A stretch of 64,000 nucleotides of DNA from Candidatus Eiseniibacteriota bacterium (GTDB lineage Bacteria > Eisenbacteria > RBG-16-71-46): contig JANMQY010000114.1 in the NCBI GenBank assembly GCA_031370785.1, positions 1-64,000 on the forward strand, given 5' to 3'. The notes beneath the pieces are model-generated. The model was not told where the DNA came from. It saw only the letters and a list, made by a program, of their open reading frames with translations, and did not search any database. The position numbers and the translations under genes are program-made. The first letter of the stretch is position 1; each line of letters starts with the position of its first letter. Shown in pieces: positions 27,909-36,745 of this stretch.

Positions 27909-29323
27909 GCATACCGGTCGGATTTCATGGCCTCGTCACGTCGCTCCGCGAGTCGACGCAGCAGGGTTTCGCGTTCGTTCCACTCCGGATGGTCGAGCAC
28001 CGTTTCGAGAAGCGCCTCGAGCTCGGCGCCTACGCGCGGTCCGGGCCCGATGCCGAGCACGCGCATGACGTCGGCGCCGTCCACCGCGAGGTCGCGCACG
28101 CCGAACGCATGCGATTCGGCGAGCAGCCTCTCGATCCGCTCGCGCATCTGCTCGAGCGAGCCGGGAAAGCCGGTGCGCAATCCGTTCCCGATCACATCCG
28201 CGATGCGCAGATCGAACAGGTCCGCCACCGAATCGAGTCCAACCCGCCGGATCCATCGGCGAAGCGCGCCGTCGCTCCACTCCGGGCGGTACGCGAACAT
28301 GTGCTCGCGCACCAGGTGCACGATGGCGCGCCGGGTTTCGAGCGGAAAGCGCAGGCGCTCGAGCAGGCGATCGGCGAGCGCGGCGCCCACCACTTCGTGC
28401 TCGTAGAACGTGCCCTCACCGTTCCGCTCGACCCGGGTGTCGGGCTTCCCGATGTCGTGCAGCAGCGCCGCCCATCGCACCCCGGGCTTTCCGGCCGGCG
28501 CGGCGTCGCAGGTGAGCAGGCTGTGGGTGTACACATCGTGAGCGTGAAAGCGGTTCTGCGGAACGCCGACGCAGCGCGTCAGCTCCTCCATCCACAGGCT
28601 CAGCAGTCCGGCCTCACGCAGCAGCTCGAGGCCCACCGATGGACGCGGGGCCTGCATCAGCTGTTCGAGCTCCGCGCGCACCCGCTCGGGGGCGACCTGG
28701 ACCGCCCGGTCACGCACCGTGCCGAGCGCCTCACGCGTGACGCGCTCCACTTCCATCTCCAGCGTGGCGGCGAAGCGCGCGACCCGCACCGGCCTCAGCG
28801 CGTCCTCACGGAAGCGCGCCTCCGGATCTCCGACCGCGCGCAGCACGCCTCGCGCGAGATCGGCGAGGCCGCCAAACGGATCCAGCAGCTCGCCGCGCTC
28901 GAGGTCGAAGGCGAGCGCATTCACGGTGAGATCGCGGCGCGCGAGATCCGCGATGGGATCGGCGGTAAATTCCACATGGTCCGGATGGCGCGCGTCGCGG
29001 TAGGGTCCCTCCCGGCGAAACGTGGTGCACTCGATCTGCAGATCGCCGACGATCACGAGCACGGTGCCGTGCGCGAGGCCGATCGGCTCGACACGTTCGA
29101 AGCGCGCACGGACGAGATCCGGAGTGAGATCGGTGGCGACATCGTAGGCGCCGCGCGCTGACCGGTTCATGAGCGCATCGCGCACCGTGCCGCCGACCAG
29201 CAGCGCGCGGTGCCCGCCTTCGCAGAGACGGGCCAGCGCGTGGCGAAGCGGCTGGGGCCACGGCGTCGACTCGAGCCGGGCCAGAGCCTGCGCGGGATCG
29301 CTCGAATTCAAGGGAGACACCAT
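27905..29323 (-). CDS. cca: tRNA nucleotidyltransferase (CCA-adding/poly(A) polymerase family) with HD domain; start uncertain
   Basis: VGGTVRD, YDVATD, RRDLTVNA, RFREDALR, ERVRAEL, LLHDIGKP, HEVVGA. Confidence 0.9.
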   Translation of the reverse strand: MVSPLNSSDPAQALARLESTPWPQPLRHALARLCEGGHRALLVGGTVRDALMNRSARGAYDVATDLTPDLVRARFERVEPIGLAHGTVLVIVGDLQIECTTFRREGPYRDARHPDHVEFTADPIADLARRDLTVNALAFDLERGELLDPFGGLADLARGVLRAVGDPEARFREDALRPVRVARFAATLEMEVERVTREALGTVRDRAVQVAPERVRAELEQLMQAPRPSVGLELLREAGLLSLWMEELTRCVGVPQNRFHAHDVYTHSLLTCDAAPAGKPGVRWAALLHDIGKPDTRVERNGEGTFYEHEVVGAALADRLLERLRFPLETRRAIVHLVREHMFAYRPEWSDGALRRWIRRVGLDSVADLFDLRIADVIGNGLRTGFPGSLEQMRERIERLLAESHAFGVRDLAVDGADVMRVLGIGPGPRVGAELEALLETVLDHPEWNERETLLRRLAERRDEAMKSDRYA

Positions 29324-29681
29324 GAAATCCTCAAAGGCCGCTCGTCGCCGCCGAATGCTGGCATGGATGCTGGGCGCGGGAATCGTCGCCGCGCCAGCGG
29401 CCACGGCAGCCCCCGCCCTTCCTGATTCGCTCGCGCGATCCGCGCCGACCTCATTGTTGCGCGCCGACCGGCTGCAGCACGCTTCGCTCGCGCTGACTCT
29501 CGGCCTTGGCTCCGGGCTCGCGAGCCGCCGCGTCGCCATCGCGTTCGCCGTCCCGATCGCTCTCGGCATCATCAAGGAAGCGCGCGACCGGCGCGTCACG
29601 CGCTTCGACCTGACGGATCTTGCGGCCGACATCGCCGGCGCCGCCGTGGCCGCGCTGATCGTCAGCCACCTCGAAAAATGA
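29322..29681 (+). CDS. Small exported/membrane protein, YfiM/DUF2279-like
   Basis: AAGGGAG SD; Arg-rich signal peptide; DRLQH...GIIKEARD...FDLTDLAADIAG pattern; the only plus-strand gene called. Confidence 0.6.
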   Translation: MKSSKAARRRRMLAWMLGAGIVAAPAATAAPALPDSLARSAPTSLLRADRLQHASLALTLGLGSGLASRRVAIAFAVPIALGIIKEARDRRVTRFDLTDLAADIAGAAVAALIVSHLEK

Positions 29682-29683
29682 GG

Positions 29684-30094
29684 CTAGGGCAGGCGCGGCC
29701 CGCCCGGGGGAGGCTCGCTGGCCTTGCCATTGCCACGCGCGTTGAGCCCGGCCGCGACCAGTCCGGCGACCACTCCACCTCCCACCAGTCCGGTCCGGTA
29801 CCAGTCGACCCGGCGGGTCGTGATCCGGCTCACTTCCTCCAGAGGAAGGCTGAACGTCGCGATCTCGTCGGTGGCGCCCTCGCGGTCGAGCCGCGTCATG
29901 CCGTAGAGGCTGTCGGCGTCGAACCGGGCGCTGTCGAAGACGTAGCTGCGCCCATCGCGGGTCTGCACCCGCAGGTTGTGGCGCTCGGGCTGGGCCGCGT
30001 AATCGCTGCGCGGGATCTCGCGCAGTGCCGTGCATCCCGAGCCAGTCAGCCAAAGGCAGGCGCAGGCGACACGCAGCCCCTTCCGGACTCTCAT
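29684..30094 (-). CDS. Hypothetical lipoprotein with C-terminal hydrophobic segment
   Basis: MRVRKGLRVACACLWLTGSGC lipobox-like signal; RTGLVGGGVVAGLVAAGL hydrophobic tail; Pro-rich end. Confidence 0.6.
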   Translation of the reverse strand: MRVRKGLRVACACLWLTGSGCTALREIPRSDYAAQPERHNLRVQTRDGRSYVFDSARFDADSLYGMTRLDREGATDEIATFSLPLEEVSRITTRRVDWYRTGLVGGGVVAGLVAAGLNARGNGKASEPPPGGPRLP

Positions 30095-30222
30095 CTCACG
30101 TCCCTTCTCCCGGCTCGCTTCTCCCACCCGATCGCATGAACGCGGGACGAGAATAACAGAACTCAGACGTCGCCCACCCGGGGCGCGCCCGCGCTAAGTC
30201 TGGTCGTCGTCTGATGGAGGGG

Positions 30223-30573
30223 TCAGGCCGGCTCGCGCACCGCCCAGTACAGGATGCGTCCACACGACTCACACAGGGTCAGTGCCTCGCCAGCGGGCGA
30301 AGCCGAGCGCGGAAGGGCCATGTGGCAGCCCTGGCAGACGCGGCCGCGAACCGCCGCGACCGCGCCGCCGTAGCGGTGGCGGGCCCGCTCGTAGTGATGC
30401 ATCCAGCGCGCATCGACGTGACGCATCAGGTCGCGGCGCGCAGCCTCGACCGGACGGGGAATTCGCACCGCGAGCCCGAGCCTGCGCAGACACGCGATCG
30501 TCGCCTGATCGCGCGCCTCGTGGAGCAGCTGGTCCAGATCGTGGAGCTGGAGCAGCGCATGGATCGGACTCAC
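30223..30573 (-). CDS. C4-type zinc-ribbon domain protein (DUF164-like, short)
   Basis: LLQLHDLD N-terminus; YER....GGAVAAV..VCQGCHMALP....CESCGRILYW; GTGA overlap with EIIA gene. Confidence 0.8.
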   Translation of the reverse strand: MSPIHALLQLHDLDQLLHEARDQATIACLRRLGLAVRIPRPVEAARRDLMRHVDARWMHHYERARHRYGGAVAAVRGRVCQGCHMALPRSASPAGEALTLCESCGRILYWAVREPA

Positions 30574-31037
30574 GCGATCGCCTCGCGCAGCAGATTCGCA
30601 ATCGGGTCGAAGCACGCGGCATCGAGCATCTTCTGCCGGGTGCGCTGGAGTCGCAGCACGCTCGCCACCCGGACCACGAGGTCGAAGTGTGCCGAAGCCG
30701 GGCATTCCGACGGGGAGAGCGTGAGCGCCACCAGGTGGACCGGTTCGCCATCGGGCGCATTCCACTCGAGGCCACGCGAGGATCGCGCGACGACCACGCG
30801 CGTCTCCTGAACGGTCAGCGATCTCGCGTGAGGAATCGCGAAGCCACGGCCGGGCGAGGTCGAACCCAGTGCTTCGCGTCGCCTGAGCAGCTCGCGTAGC
30901 GCGTCGCCGTGGCGCACGATTCCCTCGCGCTGGGCGCATTCGACCAGCTCGTCGAGTACAGATTCCTTGCGTCGGTGTCTGAGGTCCGGGATGTAGAGCG
31001 AGTTGTCGAGCGCGGACGCGACCGGAGTCGCAAGCAT
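30570..31037 (-). CDS. PTS EIIA domain protein (PtsN/fructose-type, stand-alone)
   Basis: RREALGST..G.AIPHAR phospho-His motif, WNAPDGEPVHLV. Confidence 0.88.
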   Translation of the reverse strand: MLATPVASALDNSLYIPDLRHRRKESVLDELVECAQREGIVRHGDALRELLRRREALGSTSPGRGFAIPHARSLTVQETRVVVARSSRGLEWNAPDGEPVHLVALTLSPSECPASAHFDLVVRVASVLRLQRTRQKMLDAACFDPIANLLREAIA

Positions 31038-31068
31038 CGATCCTGCCCTCCCTGCCGGGCCGACCTTA

Positions 31069-31668
31069 TCAGAGCGCGCGGGGCGGCACCAGAGTCGGAG
31101 GCTTTTTCGCGCGCTGGATCGTGGCGGGCAGCAGCCGATCGCCCAGCCAGCGCACGGTCAGGGCCGCGCTGGCCGCTCCGATCGCGGCTCCGGCCACCAC
31201 GTCACTGAGGTAGTGGCGGTCGAGATACATCCGCGAGTACGCCACCACCAGCGCCAGGGCCAGAAAGACCGGCCAGCCCCTCCGCCAGCGCCGCGACAGG
31301 ATCACAGCCAGCGCGAAGGCGTTGGCCGCATGACTGGAGGGAAAGGACGAATTGCTGCGGCTCGGCTTTCCGTTGGGGCGCGCACGCTGCACCAGGCGCT
31401 TCAACCCCTCGACGGTCAGGTTGGTGGGCACCGCCGCGACCAGGGCCAGGCCCACCGTCGCCGGGCCCGCGGCGCGGTCGAGGAGCGCGATCGCGCCGAG
31501 CACCGCCGCGAGCCGCCAGCCTTCGAGCCCGTGGCTCGATGCCCTCATCACGCCTTCGAGCGCGGGATGGCGCCCGCGCTGCACCAGGGATCGCACCTCG
31601 AGATCGAGCTGCCCGATCGGCGAGAGCGCGCTCACCAGCATCACCGCGCACCATGCGCCCCGCCTCAC
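31069..31668 (-). CDS. PAP2-family membrane phosphatase
   Basis: KRLVQRARP, SFPSSHA, SRMYLDRHYLSDV; GTGA overlap with upstream gene inferred as start. Confidence 0.88.
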   Translation of the reverse strand: MRRGAWCAVMLVSALSPIGQLDLEVRSLVQRGRHPALEGVMRASSHGLEGWRLAAVLGAIALLDRAAGPATVGLALVAAVPTNLTVEGLKRLVQRARPNGKPSRSNSSFPSSHAANAFALAVILSRRWRRGWPVFLALALVVAYSRMYLDRHYLSDVVAGAAIGAASAALTVRWLGDRLLPATIQRAKKPPTLVPPRAL

Positions 31669-33938
31669 GGCAGGTCCTCGAGGCCGTAGATTGCTCGGGC
31701 GGGAAGCCATCCGAGCACTCCCCTCCCGGCGCGCACCCGCATCCGATCCTCCGCGCGCTCGAGGATGTGCACCACCTGCCCCGGCTCGAGCTCGACCCCG
31801 GTCTCATCCAGCGCGACCGGCTCGCGCACCACGGCCAGGTCGCTCTTTTTCGCAATCGCGGTCTCGACGGGACGCGCCAGCGCGCAACCGATCGCGAGCA
31901 AAAGCGCCACCGCCGCTGGCAGGCGCCGCGGCCACAGCGCACCCGCGGCGAAACCAAATCCCAGCGCGAGCAGCGCCCACTCGAGGCTGCGCACCGGGAG
32001 GCGCACCCGCTCGACGCCGATCATTCCGCCGCCCTCGCGCACCCGCTCCCCGACCCACGCCAGCGCGGGATCGCGCGGCTCGTCGCGCTCCCCCGCGAGC
32101 ACCCACACCGTCGCGGGCGCGACGTTTCCGGCGCGCACCTCACCCCATGCGAGCCGGGCGGCGAGCGGTGAGCTGTGATCGCCGGCACGCCAGCGCGCAC
32201 GCCACGCCGAACACGCAGTGGCGACATCGCCACGGCGCGCCGCGGCGTCTCCTTCGCCACTTCCGCTCGCCTCTCCTGCATGCGGCGAGAACAGCACGAT
32301 CAGAGCCACCGCGGCGAGCATGAGCGCTACCGCCGCGAACCTCATCGGCAGCGGAGAGCGCGCCTCAGCCAGTGCCTGCGAGAGGTGCTCGATCAGGCTG
32401 CGCCGCACCGATTCCGGATCCGCCGCCTGGCCGCCATAGCGCGACGCGGCGATCTGGCGCCTCAGGTTTTTGACCGGTCTGCCGCGGCTCTCGAGCCACA
32501 CGCTCGCCTCTTCGGCGATGCGCCAGAAGTCGCCGCCGCGCGCAAGACCGACCGCGCGCAGCCACTCGCGCTGCTGCGCCCGCTCTGGCTCGCCGGCGCC
32601 GGAACGCGACGCCCGCCGCCACAGCGCCAGCGCCGCACCCAGCGCGAGCCCCGCGATCGCGAACGCCCACGGCTGCGCATGGCGTGCTCCGGGGCCGGGG
32701 AACGGATGGTCCTGAAACACTCGCGGGAAGCTCTCTTCGCCGGTGCTCGCGGTGTTGAGCGGTGGACCCACTTCGAGCGTGGCCGGTGCGAGGTCGGCGC
32801 GCCGGTAGACGCCCGCGACCGGATCGAACCACACGAACTGCGGCGGCTCGATCTCGATCCGCCCCTCTCGACGCGGCAGCACCGTCCACTGGAAGCGGCG
32901 CCGGCCGGGCGTGCTGGTGCCCGGCGCGGCGAGGCTGTCGTCCACCGTTCCCGCGAACACTTCGACCGCGTCGCTCTCCAGCTTCGGCACGTGAAGCAGC
33001 GGCAGGTTTCCGACCCCACGCACTTCCAGTCTGGCGGAGGCCGGCACGTCTCGTGCGGTCGAAGCGCGATCGATGCTCCAGCTCACCTCGAGCACCCCGA
33101 CCGCGCCGTCGAAGCCCCTGGGGGCTCCCGGCGGCAGCGGACGCACCGTGACCTTGACCGGGGCGCTGCGCACGATGACCTGGCGGCGCGGAACCCGGCC
33201 GCCGATCCAGAGCGAGGGATCGTCGCCAGAACCCGCGAGCGCGAGCGCCGCCACGGCTTCGCCGATGGTGGCCGTGCCCGGGGCCAGCGGATAGAGCCGG
33301 GCGCGGGTCTCGGTCACGAGCACGCGGCGCGTGCCCTCGGCCGCGAAGAACGACTCGGCGCGGCTGGCTCCCTCGGCCCAGAAGCCGGGCGTGGGGGGCG
33401 GCACGTACGAGGGATCCTCGGAGAGCGGCGCGCGTTGAATGAGGCGCACCCGCATGAGGACGGGTTGCCCGACATACGGCCGTGACGGCTCGGCGTTCAC
33501 GATCAGCGAGGCGGGCCCGGCGCCTCCTCCTCCGTCGCCGGCGCTCAGCCGGGTCGATGCGGCGGTGACGGTGAGCGTCAGCGACGGCGCGGTCAGCGCT
33601 CTGCCGCCCGCGCTGACCCGGAACGGTCCGATGGTGAATTGTCCGGCCGCGTTCGCGCCCAGGTCGTAGCGGAACACGGTCTCGTTGGTGGACCGCCCGT
33701 TCACCCACGTGAAGTTCTGAAGGCGTCCGCTGCTCAGGATCTCGAGCCCGGGCGGCACCGGAAACAACGGATCATCCGGGGACCCCGCGCCACGCACCGT
33801 GATCTGCAGGGTCACGCTCTCGCCGACCGCGATCGTGCTGCGCGAAACCGTGGCGGTGAGCTCGGGCGCGGCCTGAGCGGCCCCGAGCGAGGGCGTGCCC
33901 GAGAGCAGCGCCAGCGCCAGCGCGATCAGCATCCGCAT
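31665..33938 (-). CDS. batD: BatD-family protein with fused BatE-like C-terminus (TM + SH3b-like)
   Basis: Signal peptide, Ig-like BatD repeats (VGESVTL, PYVGQPV, FDGAVG, G.GNLP, WFDP), TM segments, C-terminal EPGQVVHIL...GWLP. Confidence 0.8.
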   Translation of the reverse strand: MRMLIALALALLSGTPSLGAAQAAPELTATVSRSTIAVGESVTLQITVRGAGSPDDPLFPVPPGLEILSSGRLQNFTWVNGRSTNETVFRYDLGANAAGQFTIGPFRVSAGGRALTAPSLTLTVTAASTRLSAGDGGGGAGPASLIVNAEPSRPYVGQPVLMRVRLIQRAPLSEDPSYVPPPTPGFWAEGASRAESFFAAEGTRRVLVTETRARLYPLAPGTATIGEAVAALALAGSGDDPSLWIGGRVPRRQVIVRSAPVKVTVRPLPPGAPRGFDGAVGVLEVSWSIDRASTARDVPASARLEVRGVGNLPLLHVPKLESDAVEVFAGTVDDSLAAPGTSTPGRRRFQWTVLPRREGRIEIEPPQFVWFDPVAGVYRRADLAPATLEVGPPLNTASTGEESFPRVFQDHPFPGPGARHAQPWAFAIAGLALGAALALWRRASRSGAGEPERAQQREWLRAVGLARGGDFWRIAEEASVWLESRGRPVKNLRRQIAASRYGGQAADPESVRRSLIEHLSQALAEARSPLPMRFAAVALMLAAVALIVLFSPHAGEASGSGEGDAAARRGDVATACSAWRARWRAGDHSSPLAARLAWGEVRAGNVAPATVWVLAGERDEPRDPALAWVGERVREGGGMIGVERVRLPVRSLEWALLALGFGFAAGALWPRRLPAAVALLLAIGCALARPVETAIAKKSDLAVVREPVALDETGVELEPGQVVHILERAEDRMRVRAGRGVLGWLPARAIYGLEDLP

Positions 33939-33958
33939 CGGCCCGCCGGCGCGCACGG

Positions 33959-35689
33959 CTACCAATCCTTGCCGCGCTTCTCGCGCATCACCCGCACCTT
34001 GCGCTGGCGCTGCTGGTCCATGCGTGCCTGCTCGGTGAGCGCATCGAGCAGCTGATCCGCCTGTGCTCGATTCATTTGCTGACCTGCCCCACCCTGCGGG
34101 CGCTCGGTCCCCGAGCCCTGCGGGGTGGGCTGCGGCGCCTGCGGCAGCGGACTCTGCGGCGCATTCGAACTGCTGCCTCCGCTCTGTGGCTTTGGCTGCG
34201 GAGTTCCGGGCTTCGGCTGTTGCGGCCGGTTGCGATCCTGGGATTTCTCGCGCTCGCGCCTCTTCATCAGCACTTCGTAGTTCCAGCGCGCATCCACGTC
34301 GCGCGGATCGCGCTCGATCTCGCGGCGCAGCTCGGCCAGCGCCTCGTCGTAGGCCCTGCGCTCCCCGAGCAGCGTGCCGAGGTTGTAGAGCGCCGCGCGC
34401 CCCGCCGCATCGTTGCGCGCTGCCAGGCGCTTCAGTTCGTTCTCGGCTTCCTCCAGCTTGCCGGCGCGCGCGCGCGCCGTCGCCAGGTTCACCGCCAGCG
34501 CGCGCTTCGATCCCTGCTTCATGCGCCGGGCGTACAGCGATTCCGCGGCCGGCCAGTCGCCGGCACGGAACGCGCGGTCGCCACGCGCCCACGCACTCTG
34601 TGCGTGAGCGGGCGCGGCGGTGCAGAGCACGAGCACGGCTGCCGCGGCTGCCGCCAGCGCGTGGGGCTTGAGGCGCCGTTCCTCGCGCTCGGTCAGGCGC
34701 CGTTTCGGGCGCACGGTGTCGGCGAGGAGCAACAGCGCGGCGAGCAGCGCACACAGCGGGAAGCGCGACACCGGACGCTCCACCAGGCGCTGGCCGCGGC
34801 CCGAGCGCGAGACGCTGGAGAGCGCCCCGAGCAACCGCGGCAGCTCGCCGCCCGGGCGTGAGGCCGCGAAGTAACCACCGCGCGTGCGACGGGCCAGGTC
34901 GCGCAGCAGCGCTTCGTCGAGCCGGCTCCGCACCGGGCCGCCGCTCTCGTCGCGCTTCACGTCCACCGCGCGGCCCTGATCGTCGAGCACCGGCACCACG
35001 TCGCCGGCGACGGTGCCCACGCCCACCGCGAACACCCGGATGCCGGTGCGCGCCACCTCGTCGATCGCGGCGCGCGCGCCATGCTCCAGATCCTCGCCGT
35101 CGGTCCAGATCACGATCGCCTGCTCCTCGCGCCGGCCGGCCGGCATGAGCTGCGCGGCGCGGCGCAGCGCGCGGCCGATGTCGGTGCCGGGGTCGCTCAC
35201 GCTCGCGCTCGAGAGTGATTCCAGCGTGAGCCGGACCGCACCGCGATCGAGGGTCAGCGGGCACAGCCTCACCGCGTCCCCGGCGAACGCCACCACTCCG
35301 ACCCGGCTTCCTTCGAGGCGGTCGACCACCGCGAGCGCCTCGCGGCGCGCCTCCTCGAGCCGGCTCGGCGGAACGTCCCGCGCGTCCATGCTAGCGGAGA
35401 CGTCGATCACCAGCACCACGTCCGAGCCAGTGGCGCCACGCCGCACCACCTCGCGCCCCCACTGCGGATCGGCGGCCCCGACGATCAGCAGTGCGAGCGC
35501 GGCGGCACGGAGCGCGAGACCGACGCGGCGCTGGCCCGGTCGCCGCTGCGCGAGCAGCGGACTGTCCTTGCGTTCTCCGACCAGGCGCCGGAGCCCGACC
35601 TCGGCGCGCCGGAGCGCGCGCCACTCCAGCGCCAGCACCGGCAGCAGTGCGACCAGCAGCCAGAGCCATCTGGGATTCGAGAAGATCAT
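33959..35689 (-). CDS. batB: BatB-BatC fusion (vWA domain + TPR + Gln/Pro-rich tail)
   Basis: DVSASMDARDVPPSRLE MIDAS, TDGED, TM, TPR (ALYNLG..YDEA, DARWNYE), QP-rich linker, KDW C-terminus. Confidence 0.85.
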   Translation of the reverse strand: MIFSNPRWLWLLVALLPVLALEWRALRRAEVGLRRLVGERKDSPLLAQRRPGQRRVGLALRAAALALLIVGAADPQWGREVVRRGATGSDVVLVIDVSASMDARDVPPSRLEEARREALAVVDRLEGSRVGVVAFAGDAVRLCPLTLDRGAVRLTLESLSSASVSDPGTDIGRALRRAAQLMPAGRREEQAIVIWTDGEDLEHGARAAIDEVARTGIRVFAVGVGTVAGDVVPVLDDQGRAVDVKRDESGGPVRSRLDEALLRDLARRTRGGYFAASRPGGELPRLLGALSSVSRSGRGQRLVERPVSRFPLCALLAALLLLADTVRPKRRLTEREERRLKPHALAAAAAAVLVLCTAAPAHAQSAWARGDRAFRAGDWPAAESLYARRMKQGSKRALAVNLATARARAGKLEEAENELKRLAARNDAAGRAALYNLGTLLGERRAYDEALAELRREIERDPRDVDARWNYEVLMKRREREKSQDRNRPQQPKPGTPQPKPQSGGSSSNAPQSPLPQAPQPTPQGSGTERPQGGAGQQMNRAQADQLLDALTEQARMDQQRQRKVRVMREKRGKDW

Positions 35690-35768
35690 CGCGCTCCCCT
35701 CATCGGACTCCCCTCATCGCGCTCCTCTCAATCGGGCTCCCCTCATCGCGCTCATCGGGCTCCCTCAT
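35686..35768 (-). repeat. Tandem ~14-bp repeat (about 6 copies) of SD+ATGA unit
   Basis: Minus strand ATGA GGGAGCCCG ATGA GCGCG ATGA GGGGAGCCCG ATTGA GAGGAGCGCG ATGA GGGGAGTCCG ATGA GGGGAGCGCG ATGA. Confidence 0.85.
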
Positions 35769-36745
35769 GGCAGGCGGAACGCGAACGAGGTGACGCCGAG
35801 CGCATACAGCAGGATCAGCAACGCGGCCGCGCCCAGCAGCAGCGGCCCCAGGTCGCGGTATTCCCGGTACTCGATGGAGCGGATCGGGGCGCGCTCGAGG
35901 CGATCGATCGCCGAATAGATCTGGGCGAGCGCTTCCGGGTCCTGCGCGCGGAAGAATCGCCCGCCGGTGCGCTGAGCGATATCGCGAAGGGATCCCTCGT
36001 CGACGTCCATGCGCACCATCTCGATCCTCTGCCCGAGCAGCGGGTCGTCGACCGGGACCGGGACCACGCCGCCACGCCCGACGAGCACGGTGTAGACCTT
36101 GATTCCCAGTGCGCGCGCGACGTCGGACGCGGTCGAGGGATCGATCGCGCCGCGGTTGTTCTGGCCGTCGGTGAGCAGGATCACCACCTTGCTCGGAGTC
36201 TTGCTCTCGCGCAGCCCAGCGACCGCGGTCGCCAGCCCCATCCCGATCGCGGTGCCGTCCTCGGCCAGGCCGAAGTCGAGCGCATCGAGCAGGTCGACGA
36301 GCGCGTTGTGGTCGAGGGTGAGCGGGCACTGTGTGAATGCGGTCGCAGCGAATGCCACCAGCCCGATCCGGTCGTGCGGCCGCTGCTTCACGAAGTCGCG
36401 CGCGGTCTCCTTGGCGACGTTGAGCCGGTTGAGCGGCCGGAAGTCCTGAGCGGCCATGCTCGGCGAGATGTCGATCGCGAGCATGATGTCCACTCCTCGC
36501 GTCTCGGTCTCACTCTGGGAGACGCCCTGCTGCGGGCGCGCCACAGCAGCGAGCGCCAGCACGAGCGCGAGCCAGGGCAGCGCCGCGACGACCCCGAGCA
36601 GCACGCCGCTAACCGACGGATATCGGGGCGGTGCGACCGCCCACAGCACCGCTGCCGGGCGCGCCGCCCCGCGCCTTCGCCACCACGCCGCGAGCGGGAT
36701 CGCGAGCAGCGCCAGAAGCCACCACGGAGATTCCCAGCGCATCAC
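35765..36745 (-). CDS. batA: BatA-like vWA domain membrane protein
   Basis: PWWLLAL N-terminus, ARPQ, DISPSM MIDAS, DGTAIGMGL, LLTDGQNNRG, IDRLER. Confidence 0.88.
   Translation of the reverse strand: MMRWESPWWLLALLAIPLAAWWRRRGAARPAAVLWAVAPPRYPSVSGVLLGVVAALPWLALVLALAAVARPQQGVSQSETETRGVDIMLAIDISPSMAAQDFRPLNRLNVAKETARDFVKQRPHDRIGLVAFAATAFTQCPLTLDHNALVDLLDALDFGLAEDGTAIGMGLATAVAGLRESKTPSKVVILLTDGQNNRGAIDPSTASDVARALGIKVYTVLVGRGGVVPVPVDDPLLGQRIEMVRMDVDEGSLRDIAQRTGGRFFRAQDPEALAQIYSAIDRLERAPIRSIEYREYRDLGPLLLGAAALLILLYALGVTSFAFRLP

Noticed and set aside
30163..30214. TCAGACG...CGTCTGA inverted repeat
   Set aside because: Only 7 bp with a long loop and a single occurrence; compatible with chance.
33939..35264. 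N-terminal extension making a 1199-aa BatD
   Set aside because: Alternative frame overlapping batB; a clear signal peptide starts at 33938.
35686..35768. Possible CRISPR array
   Set aside because: Units are about 14 bp, directly adjacent, with no spacers and no cas genes; kept as a tandem repeat.
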